The translations under genes were made by a program, and so were the position numbers. Below are positions 1 through 8,614 of a stretch of 64,000 nt of DNA, in pieces. Source of the stretch: Mesoaciditoga sp. (GTDB taxonomy: Bacteria > Thermotogota > Thermotogae > Mesoaciditogales > Mesoaciditogaceae); the NCBI GenBank assembly GCA_015491995.1, contig WGFY01000041.1:32518-96517 (forward strand). Direction: 5' to 3'. The notes below the pieces were generated by a model. The model did no database searches. It was not told the origin of the DNA and was given only the letters and a program-made list of their open reading frames with translations. The first letter of the stretch is position 1, and each line of letters starts with the position of its first letter.

Positions 1-2406
1 AACATCTTTCACACCCCACAAAAATCCGAAAAACCGAAGTACTATTCTTTGGTGATGTTTCCATACCCATCGGGGAGTATACACGTGGGCCATGTTAAAA
101 ATTACACGATTGGAGATGTCGTGGCACGTTACAAACGAATGAGAGGGTACAACGTACTTAATCCCTTCGGATTCGATGCTTTTGGTCTTCCTGCCGAAAA
201 TGCTGCAATAGCACATGGGAACACTCATCCAGAGGAATGGACGAAAAAAAATATAGAGATCATACGAAAGCAGATAAAAAAATTGGGGTTCAGTTATGAT
301 TGGGACAGAGAAGTCATAACTTGCGATGAAGATTATTATAAATGGACTCAATGGATCTTTTTAAAGCTCTACGAAAAGAATCTCGCATACAAAAAATCTG
401 GTGCCGTAAATTGGTGCCCACATTGCAAAACCGTCCTTGCAAATGAACAGGTTGTGGACGGAAAGTGTGAAAGATGTGGAACACCGGTTGTGATCAAGCA
501 ACTCGATCAATGGTATCTCAAAATCACCGATTATGCGGAAGAGCTATACCGTTTCTTGAACAATTTAGATGGCTGGTCAGAGAACGTGAAAACCATGCAA
601 AGAAATTGGATAGGAAAAAGCACCGGTGCCGAGGTTAACTTCAAAGTGGCAGAAAATGGGAAAGATTTGAAGATCTTCACGACCCGCCCTGATACGTTAT
701 GGGGAGTCACTTTCATGGCCATTGCACCTGAGTCTCCCCTTCTGAAGGAGTTGACGATCAAAGAGAAAAGGAAAGAAGTCGAAGAATTTCTAATCAAGAT
801 AAAATCTTATAAAAACAGATTTGAAAGGTTTTCTACGGATGCTCCAAAAGAAGGCGTTTTTTTAGGAACGCACGCCGTAAACCCAGTTAACGGTGAAAAA
901 ATCCCAATATATGTGGCAAATTACATACTCTATGAATACGGTACTGGAACCATTATGGCGGTTCCTGCTCATGATACACGCGATTACGCATTTGCGGTCA
1001 AGTATTCACTTCCCATAAGAGAGGTGATCTCATCAAAAGAATGTGCACTCCCGTATGACGGAGATGGAATATTGAAAAGCTCAGGGCCATTCAGTGGTAT
1101 GAAAAATGAGGAGGCAAAAGGCAAGATATTCAAATTCCTCGAGGAAAACGAAATGGGCAAAAAAACCGTCAACTACAAACTGAGAGATTGGCTTATATCA
1201 AGGCAGCGCTATTGGGGAGCACCTATTCCTGTGGTGTATTGTGAAAAATGTGGGATAGTTCCTGTTAAAGAAGAAGAACTCCCTGTAAAATTACCAAAAA
1301 ATGTGAAATTCGATTCGAAAGGAAAATCTCCCCTTGCAAGGGATGAGAATTTTTTGCACACAACTTGCCCAAAATGCGGTGGACCAGCGATCAGAGAAAG
1401 TGATACAATGGATACGTTTGTCGACTCATCGTGGTATTATTTAAGATACGTAAATCCTTACGACAGTACCGTGCCGTTCAATAAAACAGATGTTGATGAA
1501 TGGTTACCAGTCAATCAGTACATAGGTGGAGTAGAGCATGCAATTCTTCATCTTCTTTATTCGAGGTTTATAACGAAAGCTCTAAGAGATACAGGAGTGC
1601 TTTCTTTTGATGAACCATTCGAGAACCTTTTCACTCAAGGAATGCTGTACAAAGATGGGGCGAAAATGTCAAAATCTAAAGGAAATGTCGTTTCTCCAGA
1701 TGAGATGATTGAAAAATATGGAGCAGATACTTTACGACTTTACATTCTCTTCATGGGGCCGCCAGAAAAAGATGCGGAATGGCAGGATAGTGGGCTTGAA
1801 GGTGTAGACAGGTTCGTCACAAAGATGTGGAACCTTTTTGAAAAAATGCTGCCATTCATTCGAGAACATAAGGCTAACACTTCAAAAGAGAAGCTAAATG
1901 ACACCGAGTATGAATTGCGTATGAAATTGCACATCATGATAAAAAAGATAACTCAAGACATAGAAGGAGCCTTCCGTTTTAACACCGTTGTCAGTGGATT
2001 CATGGAACTCGTCAACACTTTCACAAATTACATGAATTCAACTCCTAAAAACGAAATGAATTTAGACCTTCTCAAGGAATTTGCCGATAAGTTCGTCCCA
2101 GCTCTTTCACCATTTGCCCCACACATAGCCGAAGAATTGTGGGAACGCATGGGAAAAAAACCTTTTGCGGCAAATGCATCATGGCCCACATACGATGAGT
2201 CTGCGCTTGTTGCAAGGGAGGCAAAATTGGCTGTTATGCTAAATGGTAAGATAAGGGCTCACATAAATATCGATCCTATTTTACCAAATGAGAAAATTAT
2301 CAAAGTCGCCCTTGAAAATGATAAAATAAAGGCATTATTGAACGGAAGAGAACCGATGAAGACGTTTGTCGTTAAAGGTCGGCTTGTGAATATCGTGGTG
2401 AGGTGA
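1..2406 (+). CDS. leuS: Leucyl-tRNA synthetase, 5' end cut by window edge
   Basis: The frame of ORF 49..2406 stays open back to nt 1 (NIFHTPQKSEKPKYYSLVMFPYPSG). It has the class I motifs HVGH and KMSKS. Length fits LeuS minus about 40 N-terminal aa. Confidence 0.97.
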   Translation, partial: NIFHTPQKSEKPKYYSLVMFPYPSGSIHVGHVKNYTIGDVVARYKRMRGYNVLNPFGFDAFGLPAENAAIAHGNTHPEEWTKKNIEIIRKQIKKLGFSYDWDREVITCDEDYYKWTQWIFLKLYEKNLAYKKSGAVNWCPHCKTVLANEQVVDGKCERCGTPVVIKQLDQWYLKITDYAEELYRFLNNLDGWSENVKTMQRNWIGKSTGAEVNFKVAENGKDLKIFTTRPDTLWGVTFMAIAPESPLLKELTIKEKRKEVEEFLIKIKSYKNRFERFSTDAPKEGVFLGTHAVNPVNGEKIPIYVANYILYEYGTGTIMAVPAHDTRDYAFAVKYSLPIREVISSKECALPYDGDGILKSSGPFSGMKNEEAKGKIFKFLEENEMGKKTVNYKLRDWLISRQRYWGAPIPVVYCEKCGIVPVKEEELPVKLPKNVKFDSKGKSPLARDENFLHTTCPKCGGPAIRESDTMDTFVDSSWYYLRYVNPYDSTVPFNKTDVDEWLPVNQYIGGVEHAILHLLYSRFITKALRDTGVLSFDEPFENLFTQGMLYKDGAKMSKSKGNVVSPDEMIEKYGADTLRLYILFMGPPEKDAEWQDSGLEGVDRFVTKMWNLFEKMLPFIREHKANTSKEKLNDTEYELRMKLHIMIKKITQDIEGAFRFNTVVSGFMELVNTFTNYMNSTPKNEMNLDLLKEFADKFVPALSPFAPHIAEELWERMGKKPFAANASWPTYDESALVAREAKLAVMLNGKIRAHINIDPILPNEKIIKVALENDKIKALLNGREPMKTFVVKGRLVNIVVR

Positions 2407-2412
2407 TATGAA

Positions 2413-3057
2413 TTGAATTCGAAAATTCCAGCTCCAGTTGCAAAGAGATTGGCATTGTACCATAGGTGCGTTATTACCCTGTTGGAATCTGGAAAGGAAT
2501 TGGTATCCTCAAATGAGCTTGGTGAGAGGCTTTCACTTAAATCCAGTCAAATTAGAAAAGATCTTTCTTATTTTGGTGGATTTGGGAAACGTGGTTCTGG
2601 TTATAACTTGAATTACTTAAAAGAATCGTTGGAAAATATACTTGGCATAAATAGGCCATGGAATGTCGGAATTGTTGGTGCTGGTAACATCGGAATGGCC
2701 CTTGCAAATTATGAAGGACTTTTAAGAGACAACTACAGAGTTATCGCACTGTTCGATAGAAATCTCTCTAAATGGGGAACGTCCGTTGGTTCTCGGAGAA
2801 TACCTATCATCCCGATCAAGGAGATGTGTTCAAAGATAGAAGAGCTATCCATAGAAATAGGCGTGATAGCCGTGCCGGCAGAATATGCTCAATCCATAGC
2901 CAATAGGCTAATGGAATGTAAAAAAATCAAAGGCATTATCAACTTCGCTCCTGTTAAGATATACGTGAAAAATGTGGATTTGGAAGATGTTGATATCTCT
3001 ATATCGTTTAAGGCTTTAACCTTCAAAATTTGGAGTGAATCTCTTGGAAAAGAATGA
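2413..3057 (+). CDS. rex: Redox-sensing transcriptional repressor Rex
   Basis: 214 aa. N-terminal winged-helix region (RLALYHRCV..IRKDLSYFGGFGKRGSGY) plus Rossmann motif GAGNIGMALA. TTG start lies 6 nt after the leuS stop. Confidence 0.9.
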   Translation: MNSKIPAPVAKRLALYHRCVITLLESGKELVSSNELGERLSLKSSQIRKDLSYFGGFGKRGSGYNLNYLKESLENILGINRPWNVGIVGAGNIGMALANYEGLLRDNYRVIALFDRNLSKWGTSVGSRRIPIIPIKEMCSKIEELSIEIGVIAVPAEYAQSIANRLMECKKIKGIINFAPVKIYVKNVDLEDVDISISFKALTFKIWSESLGKE

Positions 3058-3616
3058 AAAACTGATAAACAGGATTTTAGACGAACTTGGTGATAAGGCC
3101 ATTCCTAAATTGGTTGATCTTCTTTTTGACGAAGATGCCAAGACGGCAATGTTGTCAGCTGATATTTTGAAAAAGCTGGATAGTTGTAGGGAAATTATGA
3201 AAGAAGTTGACAAAAAAATCGATCTTGCTGAAAGCAACGTAGGAATGTTTTACGCTGCCGATCTTCTTGGTGAAATGAAATGTCAAAACTCTATAAATAC
3301 ACTTTACAAATTGTTAGGAATTGTAAAAGAAGAAAAAGAGGCGATGATAGTTTACGGCGCCCTTCTGAGATTGGGAGAAAAAGAGGCTGAAAAATACCTT
3401 CTTTACGAATTCGAAGAAGATCCGTATATGAAAAAGTCCATGCTTGATATTGCAATAGCTTTAGAGGCATCCGACAATCCGGAGATCTTCAAGTCCATTT
3501 TAAAGAAGTCAAAAGAAAATGAAGAGCTTGTGGAAGTTTTGCAATCCATGTGCAACAAGAATCCTTCCTTTTTTTATCTCCTTCCAGGTGAGCTAAGAGG
3601 AAAATTCAGGGAGTGA
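3035..3616 (+). CDS. Hypothetical HEAT/armadillo-like helical repeat protein
   Basis: 193-aa ORF overlapping the rex 3' end by 23 nt (GTG 3035 or TTG 3044). Helical-repeat composition, no catalytic motif seen. Confidence 0.55.
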   Translation: MNLLEKNEKLINRILDELGDKAIPKLVDLLFDEDAKTAMLSADILKKLDSCREIMKEVDKKIDLAESNVGMFYAADLLGEMKCQNSINTLYKLLGIVKEEKEAMIVYGALLRLGEKEAEKYLLYEFEEDPYMKKSMLDIAIALEASDNPEIFKSILKKSKENEELVEVLQSMCNKNPSFFYLLPGELRGKFRE

Positions 3617-3829
3617 ATTGCCGCCAGGATCCTTATGTTTCATTCACACTCTTAGAAAAAGTTGATACTTTGATCCAAGAAAATTGAATTGAGCAAAAGT
3701 ACACGCTTGTACAAGCTGAAAGAATATTAAGAGATTGAAAGAACCAAAAACGTTGATAATAGGAAGGCGGGTGAATGCGACAATTTCTCCATAACATATA
3801 GACAACGGAGTCTCCCTGTCGCAAGGTCG

Positions 3830-4645
3830 ATGAAGAACATCCCCAAAAAATTTGCCTTGTATTTGAATGGATTCAACGCGCTTTCCATTGAGGGTGCTGC
3901 CGTCTTAAAAGAGCTTCAAGATCGCGGATTGATGCCTCAGCGCATTTACGCATGTGGAGTGGGAGCACTTTTTGCAAACGATTACGCTGCGTTAGATGGA
4001 AAATTCGAAAGTAGGGTACTGTATAGATTCGCTCATTTGTCTAAGACTTTAAAATTCTTCTCGAATACCGGAAACTCTTTGTTTTCAAAACTTGCAAGCA
4101 CATACAAACTTGCCACCGCTGTAACTTCAAAAAAAGTTAAATCCATCGTGAAAGAAAAATTCATGCTTACAAAATTAGAAAACACTTCAAAGCCGCAAAT
4201 AGATTTAAGATATTCTGCCGTTAACCTTTATAATGCCTCAGAAGTGTTGATCTCTTCAAAAGAATGGAGAGCAGGGTTAAAAGCCTCTATGTCAATCGTG
4301 CCGGTTTTTGTTCCGGCTGATTACAGAGGTCAGAAGCTCGTCTCGACTGCAATTGTAACCGGTGTTCCAGGATTTTCAACTCTTGAAAATGAAAAACTCA
4401 TAAAGATATTCGTTAACACCACGCCACGTATAAGGAAAAAACTTCCAGAGAGAACTTGGGAAATAATGCTAAAAGCCGACTATTTAAGAACTATGTCGCT
4501 GATAGACAACTTTTCCAAGAAGTTTAACATGGTTTTAGATTTTTCTGATTTCGGAGAGGATATTTCAAATTTTTCAACCGATTCATGGATATATGCCAAA
4601 AAAATTGCACGTAAAAAAATCGATGATGTTTTCATGATGTTGTAA
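3830..4645 (+). CDS. Patatin-fold protein with degenerate catalytic motifs (probable pseudo-phospholipase)
   Basis: 271 aa. Blocks LYLNGFNALSIEGAAVLKEL, IYACGVGALFANDYA and ASMSIVPVFVP align with patatin blocks I-III, but GxSxG reads ACGVG and the DG[AG] Asp is absent. Confidence 0.6.
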   Translation: MKNIPKKFALYLNGFNALSIEGAAVLKELQDRGLMPQRIYACGVGALFANDYAALDGKFESRVLYRFAHLSKTLKFFSNTGNSLFSKLASTYKLATAVTSKKVKSIVKEKFMLTKLENTSKPQIDLRYSAVNLYNASEVLISSKEWRAGLKASMSIVPVFVPADYRGQKLVSTAIVTGVPGFSTLENEKLIKIFVNTTPRIRKKLPERTWEIMLKADYLRTMSLIDNFSKKFNMVLDFSDFGEDISNFSTDSWIYAKKIARKKIDDVFMML

Positions 4646-4657
4646 ATTAGACACAAA

Positions 4658-5014
4658 ATGGTAAAATATATGCATCCTAAAATGGAAGTGGGAAAGATTT
4701 TCATACTACTCGTTGTGTCGATAATGCTCATGTTTGTTGTTGGCATGGCAGCTCAAAAGGTAACTCTTAACTTGGTTCAAGTATTCACAAGCCCTCAAAG
4801 AACGCATATATTACAAAGTATAATTAACGAATTCGAGGCTTTACACCCGAACGTACACATAAACTTAATTTCTCCTCCTTATGAAAGCATCTTCGAAAAT
4901 CTTCTAATTGTTGACACTTCAGATCTTAAATGGTACAATAAAGTAGATAAAAATAGTCTACTTAAGAGGAGTGATGCAAAATGTTATCTTACAAGAAAAG
5001 TACCAAGCTGTTAG
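4658..5014 (+). pseudogene. N-terminal remnant of a family-1 (CUT1) ABC solute-binding protein gene
   Basis: The first ~80 aa (signal anchor KIFILLVVSIMLMFVVG, then VTLNLVQVFTSPQRTHILQSIINEFEALHPNVHINLISPPYES) look like the start of a ~400-aa sugar binding protein. The ORF stops at 118 aa, has no RBS, and runs through the RBS and start of the next gene. Confidence 0.5.
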
Positions 5015-6009
5015 AGGTTATAAAGGATTACCCTGGTATAACGGAGTACTTGGCCAAAAAGAGCCCCAAATTTAAATTGTTCAAAAACACCATGATCGTA
5101 CAGTTGATGGCGCCCAAAATGACGTTGAACAAAATAGCGAAAAAGCACAACATGACCTTTGAAAAATTGATGAGTATGATCGATGAAGGCGTACAAAGTG
5201 GTAAAATTGGAAACGGGGAAGAGTTCAAGAAAAATGTGGCCTATGCCAATAACGTTAAAGAGCAGGTTAAAACTCTGATGAAAGCCCTTTTCGATGAGGG
5301 AAAAGATGTAAAAGAAGTAAAAGAGAAATTCAAAGAAATAGTGAGCAAAGCCAATCCAATAATCATTGCGATCGCGGAATCTGAGCTTACAAAAGAAGGA
5401 TATTCAATTCAAGATCTCATGAAAGCATGTGACGTTCATTTGGAGCTTTTTAAAGATCAATTGATGAACTCAAGGAAAAAAATATCTGAAGACCACCCCT
5501 TATGGAGGTTCATAAAGGATCACGATGCCATGATGCTGTGGTTCGAGCAAGGGCTGAGTACAGCACGCGATATGAAAAGCAGAAATGGTTACGATGATGC
5601 GAAAGATCTAACAGAAAAATTGAGTGCCACTATGAAAAAATTGAAATCTTCTGAAAACCATGATATTCGCCAAGAAAATACACTTTTCCCTGTTCTCGAA
5701 AAGTACGGTGTGGAAGAGCCACCTGCTATAATGTGGGATGAGCATTCAAAAATGAAGGAAAAAAGAGGTAAAATAGAAAAGATGATTTCCGAAATACCAT
5801 CGATGCCCTACGATGAGTTTGTGAATTATCTTCAAGGTGCCTTCACGTACTTGGTTGAAACTTTTGTGAAGCACACGCAAAAAGAACAAGAGATACTTTA
5901 CAACGTGGCATTGGATGTACTTAGCAAAGAAGATTGGAAAAACATTAAAAAAGAATCTGATAAACTGGGATATTTTGAATTACCAATGGAGGTTTTAAAA
6001 AATGGATGA
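4981..6009 (+). CDS. DUF1858 / DUF438 / hemerythrin-like (HHE) domain protein
   Basis: 342 aa. Strong RBS AAGAGGAGTGA 7 nt upstream of the ATG. N-terminal DUF1858-like segment, and His/Glu-rich hemerythrin-like segments (HPLWRFIKDHDAMM, ENHDIRQEN, MWDEHSKM). Confidence 0.75.
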   Translation: MLSYKKSTKLLEVIKDYPGITEYLAKKSPKFKLFKNTMIVQLMAPKMTLNKIAKKHNMTFEKLMSMIDEGVQSGKIGNGEEFKKNVAYANNVKEQVKTLMKALFDEGKDVKEVKEKFKEIVSKANPIIIAIAESELTKEGYSIQDLMKACDVHLELFKDQLMNSRKKISEDHPLWRFIKDHDAMMLWFEQGLSTARDMKSRNGYDDAKDLTEKLSATMKKLKSSENHDIRQENTLFPVLEKYGVEEPPAIMWDEHSKMKEKRGKIEKMISEIPSMPYDEFVNYLQGAFTYLVETFVKHTQKEQEILYNVALDVLSKEDWKNIKKESDKLGYFELPMEVLKNG

Positions 6010-6427
6010 AAGAGTGAACACGCAAGAACTTTTCGAGGATATGGATGCTGAAACACTTTTATACATATTGGATAGCATACCGATGGATATCACTTTTGTG
6101 GACAAAGACGATGTTGTGACTTATTTTAACTTACCCTTTGGAAAGCAACACGCTTTCCCAAGAACTGAGTTGGATCTCGGAAGGAAGGTTCAAAACTGTC
6201 ACCCTCCCAAAAGTGTGTACGTAGTTCAAAAAATATTAAATGATTTCAAAACCAAAAAGAGGAAATCAGCCGATTTTTGGATGAACTTCCAGGGGAAATT
6301 TTTGCATATCAGGTATTTCCCAGTTTACGATAAAAATGGTGACTATTTCGGCGTTATTGAGGCCGTTCAAGATATAACCAAAATCAAAAAAATCGAAGGC
6401 GAAAGGCGATTGTTAGACGAAGGATAA
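6002..6427 (+). CDS. PAS-fold (PAS_10-like) sensor domain protein
   Basis: 141 aa. ATG overlaps the upstream stop (ATGGATGA). Sequence LDSIPMDITFVDKDDVVTYFN..HIRYFPVYDKNGDYFGVIEAVQDIT is typical of the PAS module that normally ends DUF438 proteins. Confidence 0.75.
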   Translation: MDERVNTQELFEDMDAETLLYILDSIPMDITFVDKDDVVTYFNLPFGKQHAFPRTELDLGRKVQNCHPPKSVYVVQKILNDFKTKKRKSADFWMNFQGKFLHIRYFPVYDKNGDYFGVIEAVQDITKIKKIEGERRLLDEG

Positions 6428-6459
6428 ATCATCAATCCATCGATTCAGGAGGTTAAAAT

Positions 6460-7182
6460 ATGAAGCTCATTGAGTTCTTTGGACCATCCAATTCCGGAAA
6501 AACAACGGCCATTTCTCAAGTAACCCAAATGTTAAGATCCCATGGTTATTCAGTTGTAACCGTTAAAAACACTCATGGTAGATTGAGCTATGAAAAAGAC
6601 TCCAAAGACAGTGTCAAATATCTTGAAGCTGGCACATCTCTTTCGGTGGTCACCGGAAAAAACGAAACGATTTTACATTTTCCAAAAAAGCTTAAGTTCG
6701 TTGAACTTTTAGATCATTTGAAATACGATTTTATGATAGTTGAGGGAGAAACAGGTTTTCCAATGCCAAAGATCTTGTTTGTGACGGAAAGAGAGGGATT
6801 GGAAAGGATTGATGATCTCACCGTGGCCGTTGTTGGAAAAGTTGGTGCTTCCAACATGAGGAAAATAGATCCATTTGATTTCGAAACACTTTATGATTTA
6901 ACCCTTTCAACAGCCATGAAACCACTTCCAGGCGATGACTGTGGACATTGTGGAATGGACTGCAAAACAATGTTGGCAAAGATACTCAAAGGTGAAAAGA
7001 CTCTAAGTGATTGTGTTAAACTTGCCAACAAGCATGTGAAAGTTGAATTTGATGGGAAGATCGTGCCAATCTTACCGTTCATCTCTTCCATAATAACAGA
7101 TGTAAATTCTGGAATAATTAAAAACTTGAAAGGTATGAACCGAAATGGACATGTTAAAATAGAGTTTGACATGGAAAATTAA
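6460..7182 (+). CDS. mobB: Molybdopterin-guanine dinucleotide biosynthesis adapter MobB fused to a C-terminal 4-Cys Fe-S-type domain
   Basis: P-loop GPSNSGKTT and a MobB-like N-terminal ~160 aa. The extra ~80 aa carry CGHCGMDC-x16-C. RBS is GGAGG. Confidence 0.8.
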   Translation: MKLIEFFGPSNSGKTTAISQVTQMLRSHGYSVVTVKNTHGRLSYEKDSKDSVKYLEAGTSLSVVTGKNETILHFPKKLKFVELLDHLKYDFMIVEGETGFPMPKILFVTEREGLERIDDLTVAVVGKVGASNMRKIDPFDFETLYDLTLSTAMKPLPGDDCGHCGMDCKTMLAKILKGEKTLSDCVKLANKHVKVEFDGKIVPILPFISSIITDVNSGIIKNLKGMNRNGHVKIEFDMEN

Positions 7183-7191
7183 GGGAAATTT

Positions 7192-7779
7192 GTGGACTTC
7201 TCATTGGCTATTTTGACGGGAGGAAAGTCTTTAAGATTTGGCACTAACAAATGTACATACAAAGTTTATGAAAAATCTATGACACAATGGCTTGTTGAAT
7301 CAATAGGTTATATGTTTGAAGAAATACTGTTTGTAGGCCAGGACCCGGGACTAAAAATTGGTAACGTTTTTCCCGATGTTCATCCAAACAAAGGACCTGT
7401 TGGAGGGCTTGAAAGCGCTTTGTTAAACTCCAAATCGGATCATATTTTTCTGGTAGCATGTGATATGCCATTTGTAATTCCAAAAGTTGTAAAAAAGGTG
7501 TTGAACAACACAAAAAAACATTCCATCGTCTGCCCTTTGATAAATGGGAAATATCAAACTACTCATGCCGTGTATTCTAAATTCATTTTGGATTTCGTTC
7601 AAACGGAGTTAAAGAGGAAAAAATCAACACTTACTCATATCGTTTTGAACCATTCGAACGTGTTGTCAATGGATGAAAGTTACTTTCAAGAGATCAAAGA
7701 ATACAAAGAAAGCTTCGAAAATTTCAACTTACTTGGAGATCTGAACTCCCATCTTCTTCGTAAATGCATCAAAATGTAA
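7192..7779 (+). CDS. mobA: Molybdenum cofactor guanylyltransferase MobA
   Basis: 195 aa. LTGGKSLRFG nucleotide-binding motif and ACDMPF segment. GTG start 9 nt after mobB. Confidence 0.85.
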   Translation: MDFSLAILTGGKSLRFGTNKCTYKVYEKSMTQWLVESIGYMFEEILFVGQDPGLKIGNVFPDVHPNKGPVGGLESALLNSKSDHIFLVACDMPFVIPKVVKKVLNNTKKHSIVCPLINGKYQTTHAVYSKFILDFVQTELKRKKSTLTHIVLNHSNVLSMDESYFQEIKEYKESFENFNLLGDLNSHLLRKCIKM

Positions 7780-7818
7780 AAACATGAAAAAACTGCCATC
7801 TTTGTTTTAAATGCCAAG

Positions 7819-7827
7819 TGATATAAT
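7819..7827 (+). promoter_or_regulatory. Extended -10 promoter element TGATATAAT upstream of plsC
   Basis: TGnTATAAT match 17 nt upstream of the plsC ATG, followed by RBS GAGGTGAGGTGAG. No good -35. Confidence 0.45.
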
Positions 7828-7843
7828 GAGGTGAGGTGAGATA

Positions 7844-8614
7844 ATGGGATTTTTAAGATATATTCGCATCTTTGTCGGATTCATGTGTTATATGCTCTAT
7901 GCTCCATTCTTCACACGCAAAGCCACTAAACTCAAAGGCGAAGATAAAGAATCCTATATTCGCTTTCACGTTGGACGATGGGGGAGACGTGCATTCGAAT
8001 GGGTAAAAAGTGAAGTTGTCATAAAAGGAATGGAAAATCTTCCCAAGGTGGGACCATACATAATGGTGTCCAATCACAGGAGCATGTTGGACATATCCTT
8101 GATACAGGGATATATAAATCCGCATGCGGGATTCGTCGCGAAAAAAGAGTTGGATCATTTCTTCACCGTGGGGAAATTTTTAAAAGTTCTTGGCGGTGAA
8201 CTCATCGATCGAAACAGCCCAAGAGATGCTGTGAAAGCCGTTAACAACCTGATCAAAAAGATGAAAGAAGAGAAACAAGCTGTGGTTCTTTTTCCAGAAG
8301 GAACAAGAAGCGTTGATGGAAAGGTGCACGAATTCAAAGCAGGATCCATGAAGATCATCTTAAAATCAAAAGTTCCGATCGTTCCAATTGCCATTGTTGG
8401 AACGGATGGATCAATGCCTAAGGGCACTTTTTACATACGTGGCTCAAAAATAATTACCTCTGTGCTCCCAGTTATAGAACCTAAGAATTTCGAAGGCATG
8501 AAAACACCTGAATTGGCAAAGATGTTACAGGATATCATAGCCAACGAAGTTGAAAGACTTGAAAGAGGTGAGAAAATTGCTCAGAGAGTTGAAAATCAAA
8601 GCCTTAATGCTTGA
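7844..8614 (+). CDS. plsC: 1-acyl-sn-glycerol-3-phosphate acyltransferase
   Basis: 256 aa. Acyltransferase motifs NHRSMLD (HxxxxD) and FPEGTRS. N-terminal hydrophobic anchor. Confidence 0.9.
   Translation: MGFLRYIRIFVGFMCYMLYAPFFTRKATKLKGEDKESYIRFHVGRWGRRAFEWVKSEVVIKGMENLPKVGPYIMVSNHRSMLDISLIQGYINPHAGFVAKKELDHFFTVGKFLKVLGGELIDRNSPRDAVKAVNNLIKKMKEEKQAVVLFPEGTRSVDGKVHEFKAGSMKIILKSKVPIVPIAIVGTDGSMPKGTFYIRGSKIITSVLPVIEPKNFEGMKTPELAKMLQDIIANEVERLERGEKIAQRVENQSLNA

Noticed and set aside
2384-2390. Search for Rex operators (TTGTGAA-N-TTCACAA). Half-sites were found at 2384-2390 (end of leuS, upstream of rex) and 33289-33295.
   Set aside because: Only isolated half-sites were found, with no matching inverted partner at the right spacing. 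I cannot call a Rex box.
3633-3824. 63-aa minus-strand ORF filling the gap between the HEAT-repeat and patatin-like genes.
   Set aside because: It has no RBS, an aromatic/Cys-rich odd composition and no recognisable motif. The region is more likely a promoter/leader.
5993-6009. Programmed -1 ribosomal frameshift on the A-run joining the hemerythrin and PAS ORFs.
   Set aside because: The downstream frame is +1, not -1, relative to the upstream frame, and the PAS ORF has its own ATG overlapping the stop. The options left (coupled genes or a 1-nt indel) are reported as a finding.
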